From: Rhodosorus marinus CCMP1338
Taxonomy: Eukaryota > Plantae > Rhodophyta
DNA: 64,000 nt
Direction of reading: 5' to 3'
Assembly: GCA_029953675.1 (NCBI GenBank)
Contig: JAMWBK010000010.1
Location: 372,001-436,000 of the forward strand
The position numbers were made by a program, and so were the translations under genes. Shown piece after piece: positions 51,470 through 62,823 of this stretch. Each line of letters opens with the position of its first letter. The stretch's first letter is position 1. A model generated the notes under the pieces. The model saw only the letters and a list, made by a program, of their open reading frames with translations. It ran no database searches and was not told the DNA's origin.

Positions 51470-51522
51470 AATTTGGAATGATATGTATACCCCCCTTGGC
51501 GATATACATATCATTCCAAATT
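51470..51522. repeat. Perfect 20-bp inverted repeat with 13-nt loop
   Basis: aatttggaatgatatgtata (51470-51489) and tatacatatcattccaaatt (51503-51522). Confidence 0.95.
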
Positions 51523-52589
51523 TCCTTTCATTTCCTGCAAAATAAACAGAAAATGCCTATAACCCTGAAACAAATAGCCGAACAACATCTTCTTCCCCCC
51601 CCCCAATGTTCTCAACGTCGATCTTAAAAAAAACGTTTTTTAGTCTAGTCAATTATTTATTTTAGTATTACGATATATTTGCGCGGGAGCGTCTATTCGA
51701 GTTTTGATACTTACTTTTCTGTGCTGGTTTTTTATAGCATATTATCCAGTTATTTATCCAATAGAAGGTTGGGAGTATTTCCCGCGTTTTCTTATCTCCC
51801 CGCATAAAACGGTCAGAAATCGATCGTTATGAACAAAATTGAGAGAATATCAATCAGGTTTTGTCTGGCAGAGTCTGATAGAGAAATGGAAGTCAAGACG
51901 TAGTGCGTGCTCCTACGGACGATGATGAGTGGGGCGTGGACACCTCCAGGCTGGAAAGGACGACAATGTGCCAAAACGGCTAGTTGGAATTGCGGGCAGA
52001 ACTTATGAAAGAGCTCCGGTACCACCGATCAACATTCCAATGAGCAGTGGAGTGGACATCACAAATTTACTGCGGCCACTAGTTCGCGGCGTACACTAGT
52101 ACCAGTTCACATCCCAACGCCCATCCCTGTGGGTAGCAACTTGCGTCGTATGTTTGCAAGCACAGCTCGCACAAAGTCCTGTCGCAATATCTTCCGCCTC
52201 CTCTACCGGGACTCTACACAAGAACAAAAACAAAAAAACTCCAAAACTTTCACCTACTTGTCATCCACCTCTGTTTGCTCCCTCAGATCCATACAAACCA
52301 CTTCAGGCTTCTGCCATCTTCTCATCAATGCTATGTACCTTCACTGTCAGGGCAACATCAGCATCCTTTGATATTATTTCTACCATCCTGACGCAAATCA
52401 TTCATAATTCAATCCAGTCCAAAAGCTCAACCATAGTATTATAGAAACCCCTTTCCAGTAGTCGCAGGCTCCTAGGTGGCCCACTTCTAGCCAGCTAGCG
52501 AGCCACTATTGAATCTCAGGAAGCAGGTGGGTCATGCCCCGATAAGCGTCTTATGGTCCGATATCTTCAGCTGCCCAAGTGCTCAGCGA

Positions 52590-53030
52590 CGTTGCGGTCC
52601 CCAAAGTCCGTGTCGGATCTGCGTTCTGTGTTGGTGTTGTTGTCTTACTTCAGTCGATTCGTCTCACGGTTGGCGAAAACTGCGACACCCTTGACAGACA
52701 TGTTTTGAGCGGAGGAGAGCGAGTCAGCCGGCCATCGGAGGCGGAGCCTTGACCTTTGAGGCGTTGAAGCCCGACCCCCACCTGGGCGATGTCAGGCTCA
52801 GGAGTCTCCATTTTGAGGTTGCCAATGACGCTACAATTGGGCCAACCACTACCAAATTTTGACGACTCAAGGAACCGACGATAAGTCGAGAGCATAGCCA
52901 GTCTCCCCAGCACTGAGGGCAGGGCGCAAAGGTTTCAGCCTTTCATTGTGGAGAGCTTTTTCATGCTCGGGAGTGGTTGCCAATGCTTTGCTGACCATCC
53001 TGCCAAGTATCTTGTACTCCTACGCCAGTT
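52590..53030 (+). mobile_element. Decayed Ty3/gypsy pol fragment (RT thumb/connection to RNase H)
   Basis: PKSVSDLRSVLVLLSYFSRFVSRLAKTATPLTDMF*, then FEALK, FEVANDA (cf. FxxxTDAS) and MLG..FADHPAKYL (cf. YLLG..TDHxxLKYL); frameshifted. Confidence 0.82.
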
Positions 53031-53624
53031 CAGTGTCGCTCCATGGCAATATTCTAGCAGCTTGCTAGCCGAGGCTCGCTACCGCCGCCTTGGCTTGCAC
53101 GCTTTTGTTCCTAGTACGCTGGGAGCAGCGCTTGAGGCAGTGTTTGTAAAAACCAGCACCATATTGACAACTACTTCAATCATTATTTCACTCAGTTATT
53201 TGTTTTTTTTGGATTTTTGCTTCTTTTTTAGCGGTTTGAATCGGCGCGCGGGATTGACGTTGAGATTGGGAAATGGATTCGAAAATGTCCGTGACGGTGA
53301 GTTTTGGAGGTATTGGTATTGGGCATCGCCTTCGGCGATGCCAGGTAGCCTGATTGAGATTGGGAGATGGGGGAGGAGGGGAAGGTGAAATTTAGAGGGC
53401 ACTATAATTAGGCATCGCCTGCGGCGATGAGGGTGGTTAGGTTGTGCGCGTTGGGTTTTGTCTTGTGTTTTCGGGGGCCGAGGGGTTAGGCATCCCTTTT
53501 CGGGGATGGGAATTGGCGTTAGGGTTTTTAGACCGCGCAGTTTTGAGTATTTGTGAGGCGAGGTCGATGGGGGGGTGTGGTTTGTCAAAGGTTTGAGGAA
53601 GAGTTTCGTGAAACTGCCGATGAG

Positions 53625-55268
53625 ATGGATGTTTTAGGGTTTTTACAGTTCGGGCTGGCAAACACGCGCGCAGGAGGTCAACGTGGTGTCTCTCGAAAAT
53701 GTAATATCTCACCATGGAATCGGGACCAGGTGGATGCTGAGGGGGAGAGCACATCTCATTTTTATTTATGGAACGGGCTGTTGAAGAATCTTGACTATGA
53801 GCGGGTTTCCGGGTATGGTAACTACGTTGGGACGAAGGGAAACTTTTCGGAGTTTTCTGCGTCCCTTCTGGCATCTGCTAGTGGGCCGAGTGAGTTTAGT
53901 CCGAACTACAAGGGCACAAAGCGGTATAAAGCGATGGCGAAGCGGTTGCTTTTCGAGTTCTCGAAGGTCTACGAATCCGCATCTGTAGACGAAAGGCGGA
54001 AGATTATTCGGGATGCCTCTTTCTTGGCAGAGGAAGCTCGATTCAAGTCCCTGCGCGAACTAAGATCCGCGAAAAATAATCAGCCAAACTTGTCCTGGCT
54101 AGAGGTTGACCCTGCCGTGCTCGAGAACCATCCCAGGTATAAAGCACTCGAACCGGATGGATTGGAGAACATTGATGAAGAGGACCCTCGGCTCTTCAGG
54201 CAGCGATCGGAGAAGTGGTTTGCTGCAAGAGAGGGGTGTGCTTTCACCGCGTCAACAATTTGGCGCGCGCTAGGGTTCGGCGAGGTGACGGCCGCGAAGA
54301 AGCTCGGCGCTAAGAAGATCCCAAAGTTCTGTGTCGATCATGGGCTGGCCCTGGAGACTTACGCCCTGGCAAAGAGCACAGAACCTCCGGTTAAGAAGCT
54401 CAGCGAAGTCGATCAGGTAATGGAAAGAAACCTTTCTCTTTGTGCACAGCTGTCTCGAGGGTATTCGGTGCTTGTTTTCTAAGATGTGTTAATTCCGTTT
54501 TCTGCTTCACATCCCCCGGCCCAAACAGGTGAGGATTGAGTGGGGACTTCGACATGAAGATCGTGCAAAACTTCTCCTTTTGGAAGCAAACGATGCTGTG
54601 TATCTTGAGGAGACGGGCATGTACGAGCTCAATTCAGAGAACGCGGAAAAGGAGCTGGGAGTAGAATTGAAGAATCTTCCCATGCTTTCGGCTAGTCCTG
54701 ATTCAATCTTGAGGTTTTACAATACCGATATGGGTGCATGGAGCGACCCGCACGTTTGTGAGATCAAGTGCCGGTGTCCATTCATTTGGAGTGGCAAGGC
54801 ATGGCTTATGCCCTCGAGGATCGGCTCACACAAAGAGGTGAACGCGATGCATTACGCCCAGGTGCAGATTCAGATGCTCTGTTGCGAAATGGAGACTGCG
54901 CAGCTCGCGTCATACTCCGTTCGTGGCTCTCAAATATTTCAACTTAAGCGCAACGACGAATGGCTACGACTCGCCCTTAGATTCCTATGTCTAGGAAATG
55001 AACGATACGTTCTTGGCGACTTAATGCCTGAAATCAATTTCTTCTACGATGATACAGACTACCAAAGGTGAGCTTGAATCGATGATGTGCTTCGTCTCGA
55101 CTACCACTGTCGTCCGCAACTACTAATCGTGATGTCCTCGAAAACGGTTCGGCAATCAGGTTCTTAGAACTGACTGTGGAAGGGTGCAAAAGCGCGGTTC
55201 CTTGGTTGCAGCTACCACCAGAGGACATTTTTGCTCGCTCTCCAACTAGGCAGAGACCCTACTATTAA
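53625..55268 (+). CDS. YqaJ-like viral recombinase / lambda-exonuclease family nuclease, 3 exons
   Basis: QRSEKWFAAR..TAS, WGLRHE..A, SASPDS, EIKC and HYAQVQIQM motifs; introns 54418-54528 and about 55068-55159. Start uncertain. Confidence 0.85.
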
Positions 55269-55684
55269 GTTATTTCTAACTCGAAAGCCTGTCAGTGTCC
55301 TGGGAGAAGACGGTTGTCAGGTATCCAGGGAGTCATCGGCTTATTCGAACGGCCTGTCTCCTCTAAGAGTGTATTCCTGGCGCGTACGTTTTCGCTTTGA
55401 GTAGCGTGACCTTCGTCTCCCCCAGGCCTCAGGAATGCAGATTCGCTTGATTTCCTCCATTAACCTTGGTATCCTTATCATAGCGTCTTAGGACGCGTTG
55501 TGGTTGTTTATCATAGCACCTTCAGGCGCTCTGTGAATAAGACAAGAAAATCTATACATTGAAAGCTCGACAAAGTTAGCTGTTCACTAGCGGGAGCGTC
55601 GAAGCAGCAGAACATGGCTTTCTCGCGCATTGGTGTACGTCAGATTCCTGACCGTGCCCCTTTTCGCTGGTAGTGGCTGGTCTA

Positions 55685-57651
55685 TCAGTCTCTCGCAATT
55701 TTGTTCTGAACGGCGGCAGCGCACAGCTTCCCAGACTTGACAGCACCTTCCATACTGTCAATATAGTCCTGATAAGTATAGCTTCCCGCCAGGAAGAAGT
55801 TCTCGATTGGTGTCTCCTGGGATGGACGGAAAGGGTCAGCTCCAGGCCTCTCTCTGTAGAGAGACTCATTAAGTTTGAGAACATTTGACCAGGTCACTTC
55901 CAGATCCTTCGCAGAGGGGAACAGTTCCTTCACCTGCGCCTCAATCTTCGCCGCGATTTCTTGGTCTGGCATGGGAATATATGAGTCTGCAGGGGTCAGG
56001 ACGAGCTGGAGAAGTGACCCTTCACCCACTTTGTAGTAGTCCGTGGGCGATGTAAGCGCCAAGTCTGCAAAACAAGAGAAGTCCGCGTCTGCACTGTAAA
56101 GAAGATTGTCAAGTCCTCTCGCCTTTGCGACGTTCTCGACCTCCTTCATCGCTTCCTCATCCTGAAGCTCCGTTACCCATCCGTTAAACCTGAGCTGCAC
56201 AGTAGCTACGGGCACCGTCTCGAGTTTGTAAATGTTATCAATCATCTCATACTTCCTGAAGCTGTCCGGCAACAGCCTCTGGATACCCCCAACATCACAT
56301 GCAGCAACAACTATGTCCGCTTCGACAGGAACGCTTTGGGGGCCTTTCGCTACCTGAATCCCCGTGACTCGGATGCCTAGGAAGAATTTGAGTCACAAGG
56401 GAACTTGGTTTAGTTTCAAAGCAAGCTTCACGTGGAGCATTTGGAAGTCATTCCGAAAGAGAGAATACGTACTTCCATCTTCGGCAATCTCGTGATCTAT
56501 GTTCCTCACTGCTTGTCCAAGATTTATTACTCCTCCGCGCTCCTCAATATACTTGACAATGGGCCCAGTCTATACCACCAACAGGATGGAACTGGCGTCA
56601 GTTATCTTTTCTCCCGATTTCCGCGAGAAAATCACCGATACTCACCAGGAAGTTATCTGGAGAACCTTCAAGCATCCGCAGCTTGGAGGCTTCAGAACGC
56701 ACAGCGAACAGCTGGAAGATGGTCAGCATACATCGCGCTGAAATGTTGTCGCAGTCCAGGAATCCCAACGCGTAGGCTATGGGATCCCACATGCGTTCCA
56801 AGCTTCCCCTAGTTCCTCCTTGCTTCATGAACCAGTCAGAAAACGAAATGTTGTCGAGTTCCCGAACGTCCTTCATGGCACCCTCAAAATCAACGAGGCC
56901 CTTCACGATCGGCGACGTGGCCAATGCCAAGGCGTTTGCCGCCTTGTCCAATGGGCTTAGCTGGTTGGTCGTAAAGAATGCCTTAAGACCTGCAAGAAAC
57001 AGAAATGTATAATCCAAAGTCAACAACAGTTTCGCTCTTTGCGCATTGAGAAGTTGTGAATGGAAGTGGATGCTGAAGCTGGTCTTCAGCATCCACTTCC
57101 ATTCACAACCCCTAGTGCGGTGTCACGACTCTGATTGACATGCACATACCATTAAACGGGGCACCGACCGGGCCCATGCGGAAGTCAAGAGCTTCCACGT
57201 TTCCACCCTTGTTAATAAACTGATGCTTATGCTCCTTCAAATCCAAACTGTCAAAAGATCCCAGTTTCTTCATTAAATCGAACAGGTTGTAGTAGCAACC
57301 GAAGAACACGTGCAACCCCATCTCGATGTGATTCCCATCCTTATCTTGAAAGGAGCCAACCTTTCCTCCAGCGAAGCTTCTAATATCATAAATCTCAACC
57401 TCATGACCGGCATCTAGAAGTTCCATAGCTGTAACTAGCCCCCCCAGACCAGCACCGATAATCGCGACCTTCTTCTTGGCGTCGATCCCATCCTTCCGCA
57501 CGGTTGTCACGTTCCAAACATCCTGAGCAATTGACGCCTTAACAATAACCCTCTGTCTATTAACGCTCGATCGAACCCTTGAATTGCTCTTAGTCTTCAC
57601 GAGATTCAACCTGCCGACACCGCACAACCCGCCCACAAATGCAGCACACAT
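55685..57651 (-). CDS. ZDS: Zeta-carotene desaturase, plastid-targeted, multi-exon
   Basis: GAGLGG FAD-binding site, [45 protein letters not shown] and [10 protein letters not shown] motifs; MCAAFV transit peptide. Confidence 0.96.
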
Positions 57652-58968
57652 TTCGATGCAGATGGCAACAAAAACGAAATAGATTGACAAGAAAACGACA
57701 CCTGAAAACAGATCGAAACCAAATAAAATACAGATAAGACCCTTGTCAACCAGAAAGGATCTCTCTCGCTACTTTATGTACCAAACGCAGCCCGTTCCCC
57801 TCACCCTCTCCTCCCCCCCCCCCCCCAGGCTTAAGTCTTCTTCCCCAAACCCTGTACACCCTTCCTTGCCGGAGCTTTTGGCTGAGAGAGCTCTTCTTCT
57901 TTTTTTTGCAAAACTCTTGAAAAACAGCTTCATACTTAACATCATACATCCAATTATTTATTGCCACGTGTTCTTTACGAAGAGTTGTCCAATGAAGTGT
58001 ATAAAATTTGACCTCCAACTACATCCGCCTCGCCCTGGCGTCCTACATCTAAAACATTGTCATTTCGGCTGATGATCCTTACGATCAAGTGTTTTGGATG
58101 ATTTTATTTGCCATAGGGTCTGCCGATTTTTGATTCGCGTAAGTGTGATGTCTAAATCATAAATAATTGGGAGCTTACAACGGTCTTCGTCGGATAGATG
58201 CCAATCATGTAAAAACCCTGGCCTGGCGTGATCTCATTGTCGAGATATAATTGGTACTATGATATCGTATAGGACACGTGTAAAGTAAATATGAGATAGG
58301 TATTCTTATTATTGCTTAAAAAAGAGCTCATCAGTAAAAATATTTATAATAGGAAGACAGAGTTTCTTTCTCGAATTTACTTACGTTTTTCGAACTCCTC
58401 TTCTGGTAACGTCTTAAAAAAGCAAATACCGCACGTTTTTATTGGAATATAGACAATTTCTTTCGTACAGAACCCCTGTTTGAAGAGTGTGGTCCGACGG
58501 AAAAAAAAGCGAAGAGACTTGCTCGGGAGGAGGTTGTCGAGGAGATCAACGTTCTATCACTTCGGCTGCGATCTGGGTTTGCTTTTGGGTATTCATCGGA
58601 AGTAGAGGATCAAGTAATTCTAGCTTACGAGTTTTCGAGCCGAGAGTCTACCTTTCGTAGCTCGGACCCAACAGTTCTGCGGCTGGTTGATCCAGGCGCA
58701 AGGGCGACACGCTCACAGTTCTCATAGAACGAGCCCGACGCAGTTACCATCAAACGTATCTTTACATTATAGAACCTGATTATGAACATTCTCTACTCCT
58801 GAGATTCTTGCATCCATTTGGAACGCCAAAACTATTATTCTGTGTACCCCCACTTCAAAACCGCTTTTAAGTCTTGGGAAGCCGACCAGCTCCCTTCATC
58901 TATGACTATCAGCAGCTCTCCTGGTCCTGATAGGACGTCACTTCACCCTTTCTCCGCGCCCCAGACAC

Positions 58969-59385
58969 TCATTGGGAAAGCGCAAAGTTGGCCAGTCTAA
59001 ACATAGGCATCTGAAGGGCTCTCGGTACCTTGGCAAAGCTGAGAGGGCTGTTATCGTCCACTCTCTTTCTAATCATCGCTGGTTTGAGCTCAATCGGCAA
59101 ACCGCCCTTGCCATTGCATGAGGGGCACTTTTCCTTCAGAGATCCATGGCAGTTACCACATCCTTCTCTGCTCTCTAACCTAGTCGAAGACACTGCCGAA
59201 AAGTCCCACTTCGTACAAAAACAATCAATGTACCCCGTTCCCCCACAAGATCCACAAGACCTCTCATTCGTTGAAGTCGTCTTCCTCAAAACCATTTCAT
59301 CTACGATCAAATAAATCCCTATGGCGGCGCTGGCCCCTAGCGCCACCTGATTAAACGCGAACGCCGTTGTGTCTCCTCCCATCAT
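58969..59385 (-). CDS. DnaJ-like zinc-finger protein with N-terminal TM segment
   Basis: CGSCGGTG, CFC, CGNCHGS and CPSCNGKG (CxxCxGxG repeats), no J domain. Confidence 0.75.
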   Translation of the reverse strand: MMGGDTTAFAFNQVALGASAAIGIYLIVDEMVLRKTTSTNERSCGSCGGTGYIDCFCTKWDFSAVSSTRLESREGCGNCHGSLKEKCPSCNGKGGLPIELKPAMIRKRVDDNSPLSFAKVPRALQMPMFRLANFALSQ

Positions 59386-60934
59386 GAACGAAATTGTCCG
59401 CCCCTAACAAACCTCACTATCCCAACCTCAAAAACACCTGCAACAATGCACTCAAATACTTCCAAGACCAAACCTAAGTACTTATCCAACGATCCCGCTC
59501 ATCCCTCCTCATATCAATATTTTCACTTTTCCCTACCCTACCCGCCCACGAGCAACCCCCCAACTGCATTCCCACCTGACGCTCATATCCTTCATAAAGA
59601 ATGCATGCGGCTTTCCTCCTGCGTCACATGCGTCCCTTCCCCTGCATGTCTCAACAAGAGGATTCAGGCAATGAAAAGTTGTAGCCACATCCTCTCCTCT
59701 TTTTTCCTCGAATCTCCAAATCCTTCTATTTTTAATAAATAAAAACGCTTTCAGGGAGGGGGATACTCCGACCCAACAATTGCAGGGTGGGAAATTTAGA
59801 GACGCCACCTACCCCTATATAATCGAAGGTAAATCTACCATTGTAAATAAATTTGAAATTATTCCTGTATCGATGCGAGGGTAGCCGTATCTTTTTTTTA
59901 GGGGTACAACAGGGCTCTTTTTAGTGCTTTGGCGAAATGGAGTTTCGGGACAGATGATTGGAAGTTTCTGTGAAAGTATTCGATTTTGACAGCTTTTTTG
60001 GACCTTTCAATTTCATAAACGTCTACTTCCTTTTGCCCCAAGGGGTAGGGCTAGCTTGATGGAAAGGTAGAATCTAGCTTTGTTTGTTTTTTATTCCCCT
60101 AAAATTCGTGTCCATAGCAGGGGAAAAATCAGGGGTAAGAACGGCATGGAAAGAGATATTATTGGTGTAGTGCTTTGTAGCCCATTGGCTGATCAGATAG
60201 GGAAACGAGAAATATGGTAATAAAGTACTGCAATCCATTATTCATCGTTGCAAACCATTGCAAAGGGCGGTTCATTCGATATGGAAAATAGGAAATTTCG
60301 TACCCCCCTTACAATATATTGCAATATATTGGTAAATATTGAATAGAGTAAATATTAATTTTATTTCAAGGTCAATATTTGTATTTTGGGTGCCTACATA
60401 GAAATACGAGCACAAATTGTACACCTTTTCAACAACCCCCCCTTAAAATTGTCACACGTACATTAGGGAGATATTTAGATGATGTTCTTCATTCTTTGCG
60501 CAAGGAGAGCGGTGATTGGAAGATATTTCTGTATTAGTACGTTTAATTGGTTAAATTCTGAATCAATTAGTCCAATGAAAACTCTTTTCGTACATGAATA
60601 TAATGAATCACAAAATAATGATTTGGATACTTTCATATTCATTTGAAAATCATAGTACCAGCCCGATTGTAGCTAGTACGAAGAACCGGATTAGTACGTT
60701 TGTTGGAATTCTACTACTGTACTATACACACGGAATCCTGAACGGCCGTATGAGTGCGCACTGCAGCTGACATCGTGCGTAGAAGTTGCCGCGTATCTCC
60801 GACGAGATGTGAACGTATCCAACTCGTTGCTCTACCCTGAGCATGTTTACTTATTAGTGGGTCGCTCCACCTCAAGCGTCTGAATCGACCCTGATACGAT
60901 CAAGCGACAAGACTTCTGAGAAACGTTTTGAAGC

Positions 60935-61309
60935 ATGACTAACAAGGTTACTGGATTCGTTCCGTCACTGCCTGGGATCGTAGACCGTCGACAGCCCTTG
61001 GAGAAGATAAATGTATCCCAGAGACCGATAAATGGCCATGGCAGGATGAGTTGTCGCCGATCGCGGCTGCAGATGAGCGACGAAGACGAGACAAAGTGAG
61101 CAAGTATAGTAACAACATACACCGTTTCGCTTCTATAAATTGATTCTAAGATGGGAAGCGAACTCTGCTCGACAATCTTTTTCAGACCCAAAACCGACAT
61201 GTTTGTGCCAGTATTTGCGATGACTGCGCTCGGTGGCTACGCGCTGATTGCCGGGTACGACTTTTTCAAAACTGCGGACTTGAGCTGGTTGGAGTGGGTA
61301 GGCAAGTAG
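60935..61309 (+). CDS. Small two-exon, probably plastid-targeted single-TM protein (about 94 aa)
   Basis: Exon 1 60935-61095 (MTNKVTGFVPS..RLQM transit-like), GT-AG intron 61096-61185, exon 2 PKTDMFVPVFAMTALGGYALIAGYDFFK..; frame conserved across the intron. Confidence 0.65.
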
Positions 61310-61969
61310 TTTTCAATCAAATCTAGTCTGCGCAATAGGCCCTCCTAGGCCCCACAGTAGAGGCTTCAGAGGGATACGGAATACTTCACGTTCCAATGTC
61401 CCTCAAGCTCAACCATCGCCATAAACGCTGACTGCTATGTTTAAACGAGTAAATGCATCTGGAGTCGAGAGCTCGATTGAAAGATACTGAGTGACACGAG
61501 AGGGGCACGCGAAGCTAATCTCAGGAAGGAGATTACCCCGAATCCAGCGAATTATCCCCCAAAAAGCGAGACGTTCCAGTTGGACACTCTTCCAGCCGGG
61601 CACTAGAGAGCACTTCACGAATGGAGAGCTTGATCAAACGCAGCTGATTCACAGTACCTTTCGACGCGGAACCCAACCCTCTGTACAATCGGGAATAAAG
61701 CGACGACCGAACGATTCCAATCCTCTATAGGCACAAAACAAAGCAATTGTCCTAGGACTAACCAGGACTTCCAGAGGTTATTTTCATTTTGCAGTGACTG
61801 GAGGACATAAGGTCATCCGTACAACTGGGAAAATACCTATCTATTTGAGCTTTGGCATTCCAACCCCAGAATTCCCCCACATCTGCTGACAAGAAGACCT
61901 GTCCCGACACACTTCGCGGGGAGGATGTCGATGTAGGAGCTTGAACGGGAGGACGAATCAGAACGAACT

Positions 61970-62692
61970 ATGGCGTTACGGAAGGGGAGCGTTGCCCCTT
62001 CCTTTCAACTGCCTGACGCGGATGGAAAGGTGTGGTCCCTGGATGAGCTCGTTGAGCAAAACTCCGTACACCTGATCTTCCTTCGTCATCTGGTGAGCAG
62101 TCTCGAGAAGCGTTTTTAGTTGTTTCGCTTGTGTTTTTAGGACTGTCATGCCCTGTTTTCGGGAATTTTGACGTTTTAGTTTCTTCGCCTATTTCTTGAA
62201 CAGAGCTGACTGCCATGACAGCGGCATGTCCTTCGGATCTGGGAGCACAGGGAGCACTACGAAAAGGTGAATTTGAGGCCAATCTTGGTCTCCTTCGTGG
62301 CATCGGGGAGAATTGGCTCGTACTTGGAGAGCATAAGCATTCGTTCAGACGCTTTCTTGATACTAATAGACAGGGCTCGAACTGTCTATGCTTCGTATGG
62401 GATGGGAAGCTCGTTGGGCGGTTCTTGGTCCCCGCTCACGCTTGGCTGGTATGGTAGAGAGATTTTGCGCGGAAGGCTCCCTCAAAGGATCCAAGAAGAT
62501 CCAAACCAGCTTGGAGGAGACTTTGTAATCAACCACCACGACAGGATAATGCTGCTTCACCACCCAAGCAGGACTCCCATCGATCGGCCGAGCGTTCACG
62601 ACGTGCTCCTGTCAGTTGACCCACATCTTGATCTTGCAGGTCATGAATTAGGCGGATCAAGTGAAGATCCACCGGATGCATGTGCCTTGTAG
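61970..62692 (+). CDS. SELENOL: Selenoprotein L-like AhpC/TSA (PRXL2-related) protein with UxxU motif, 2 exons, 203 aa
   Basis: Exon 1 61970-62092 (GSVAPSFQLPDADGKVWSLDEL..HLIFLRHL); intron 62093-62203; exon 2 begins AGC TGA CTG CCA TGA CAG CGG CAT (S-U-L-P-U-Q-R-H) and runs open to PNQLGGDFVI..H.S..P.DRPSV..LL and TAG at 62692. Confidence 0.88.
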
Positions 62693-62755
62693 ACCCTGAT
62701 GAGTCTCAAAACCCCCGAACGGAGAGGAGAAAAACTACTACGGCCTCGTTGAGTT

Positions 62756-62823
62756 GAAGGTTTCATATGACGACACCGCACATGAAACCCAAGCGGGACA
62801 GCGGAAGTCTGATCAAATCGTTC
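62756..62823 (+). ncRNA. Eukaryotic type II SECIS-like element in the 3' UTR
   Basis: Helix I gaaggttt/aaatc(g)ttc; core AUGAC (62767-71) opposite UGAU (62810-13); helix II gac/guc, ccgc/gcgg, ug/ca; AAA at 62785-87; mini-stem CCC-AAGC-GGG. Confidence 0.72.

Noticed and set aside
62215-62457. ORF-track ORF MTAACPSDLG.. as an alternative exon 2 avoiding the TGAs
   Set aside because: Different frame with no thioredoxin-fold similarity; the conserved C-terminal motifs are in the TGA-containing frame.
62697-62735. CTGATGAG hammerhead ribozyme core
   Set aside because: No stem II closing C followed by GAAA, and no stems I/III.
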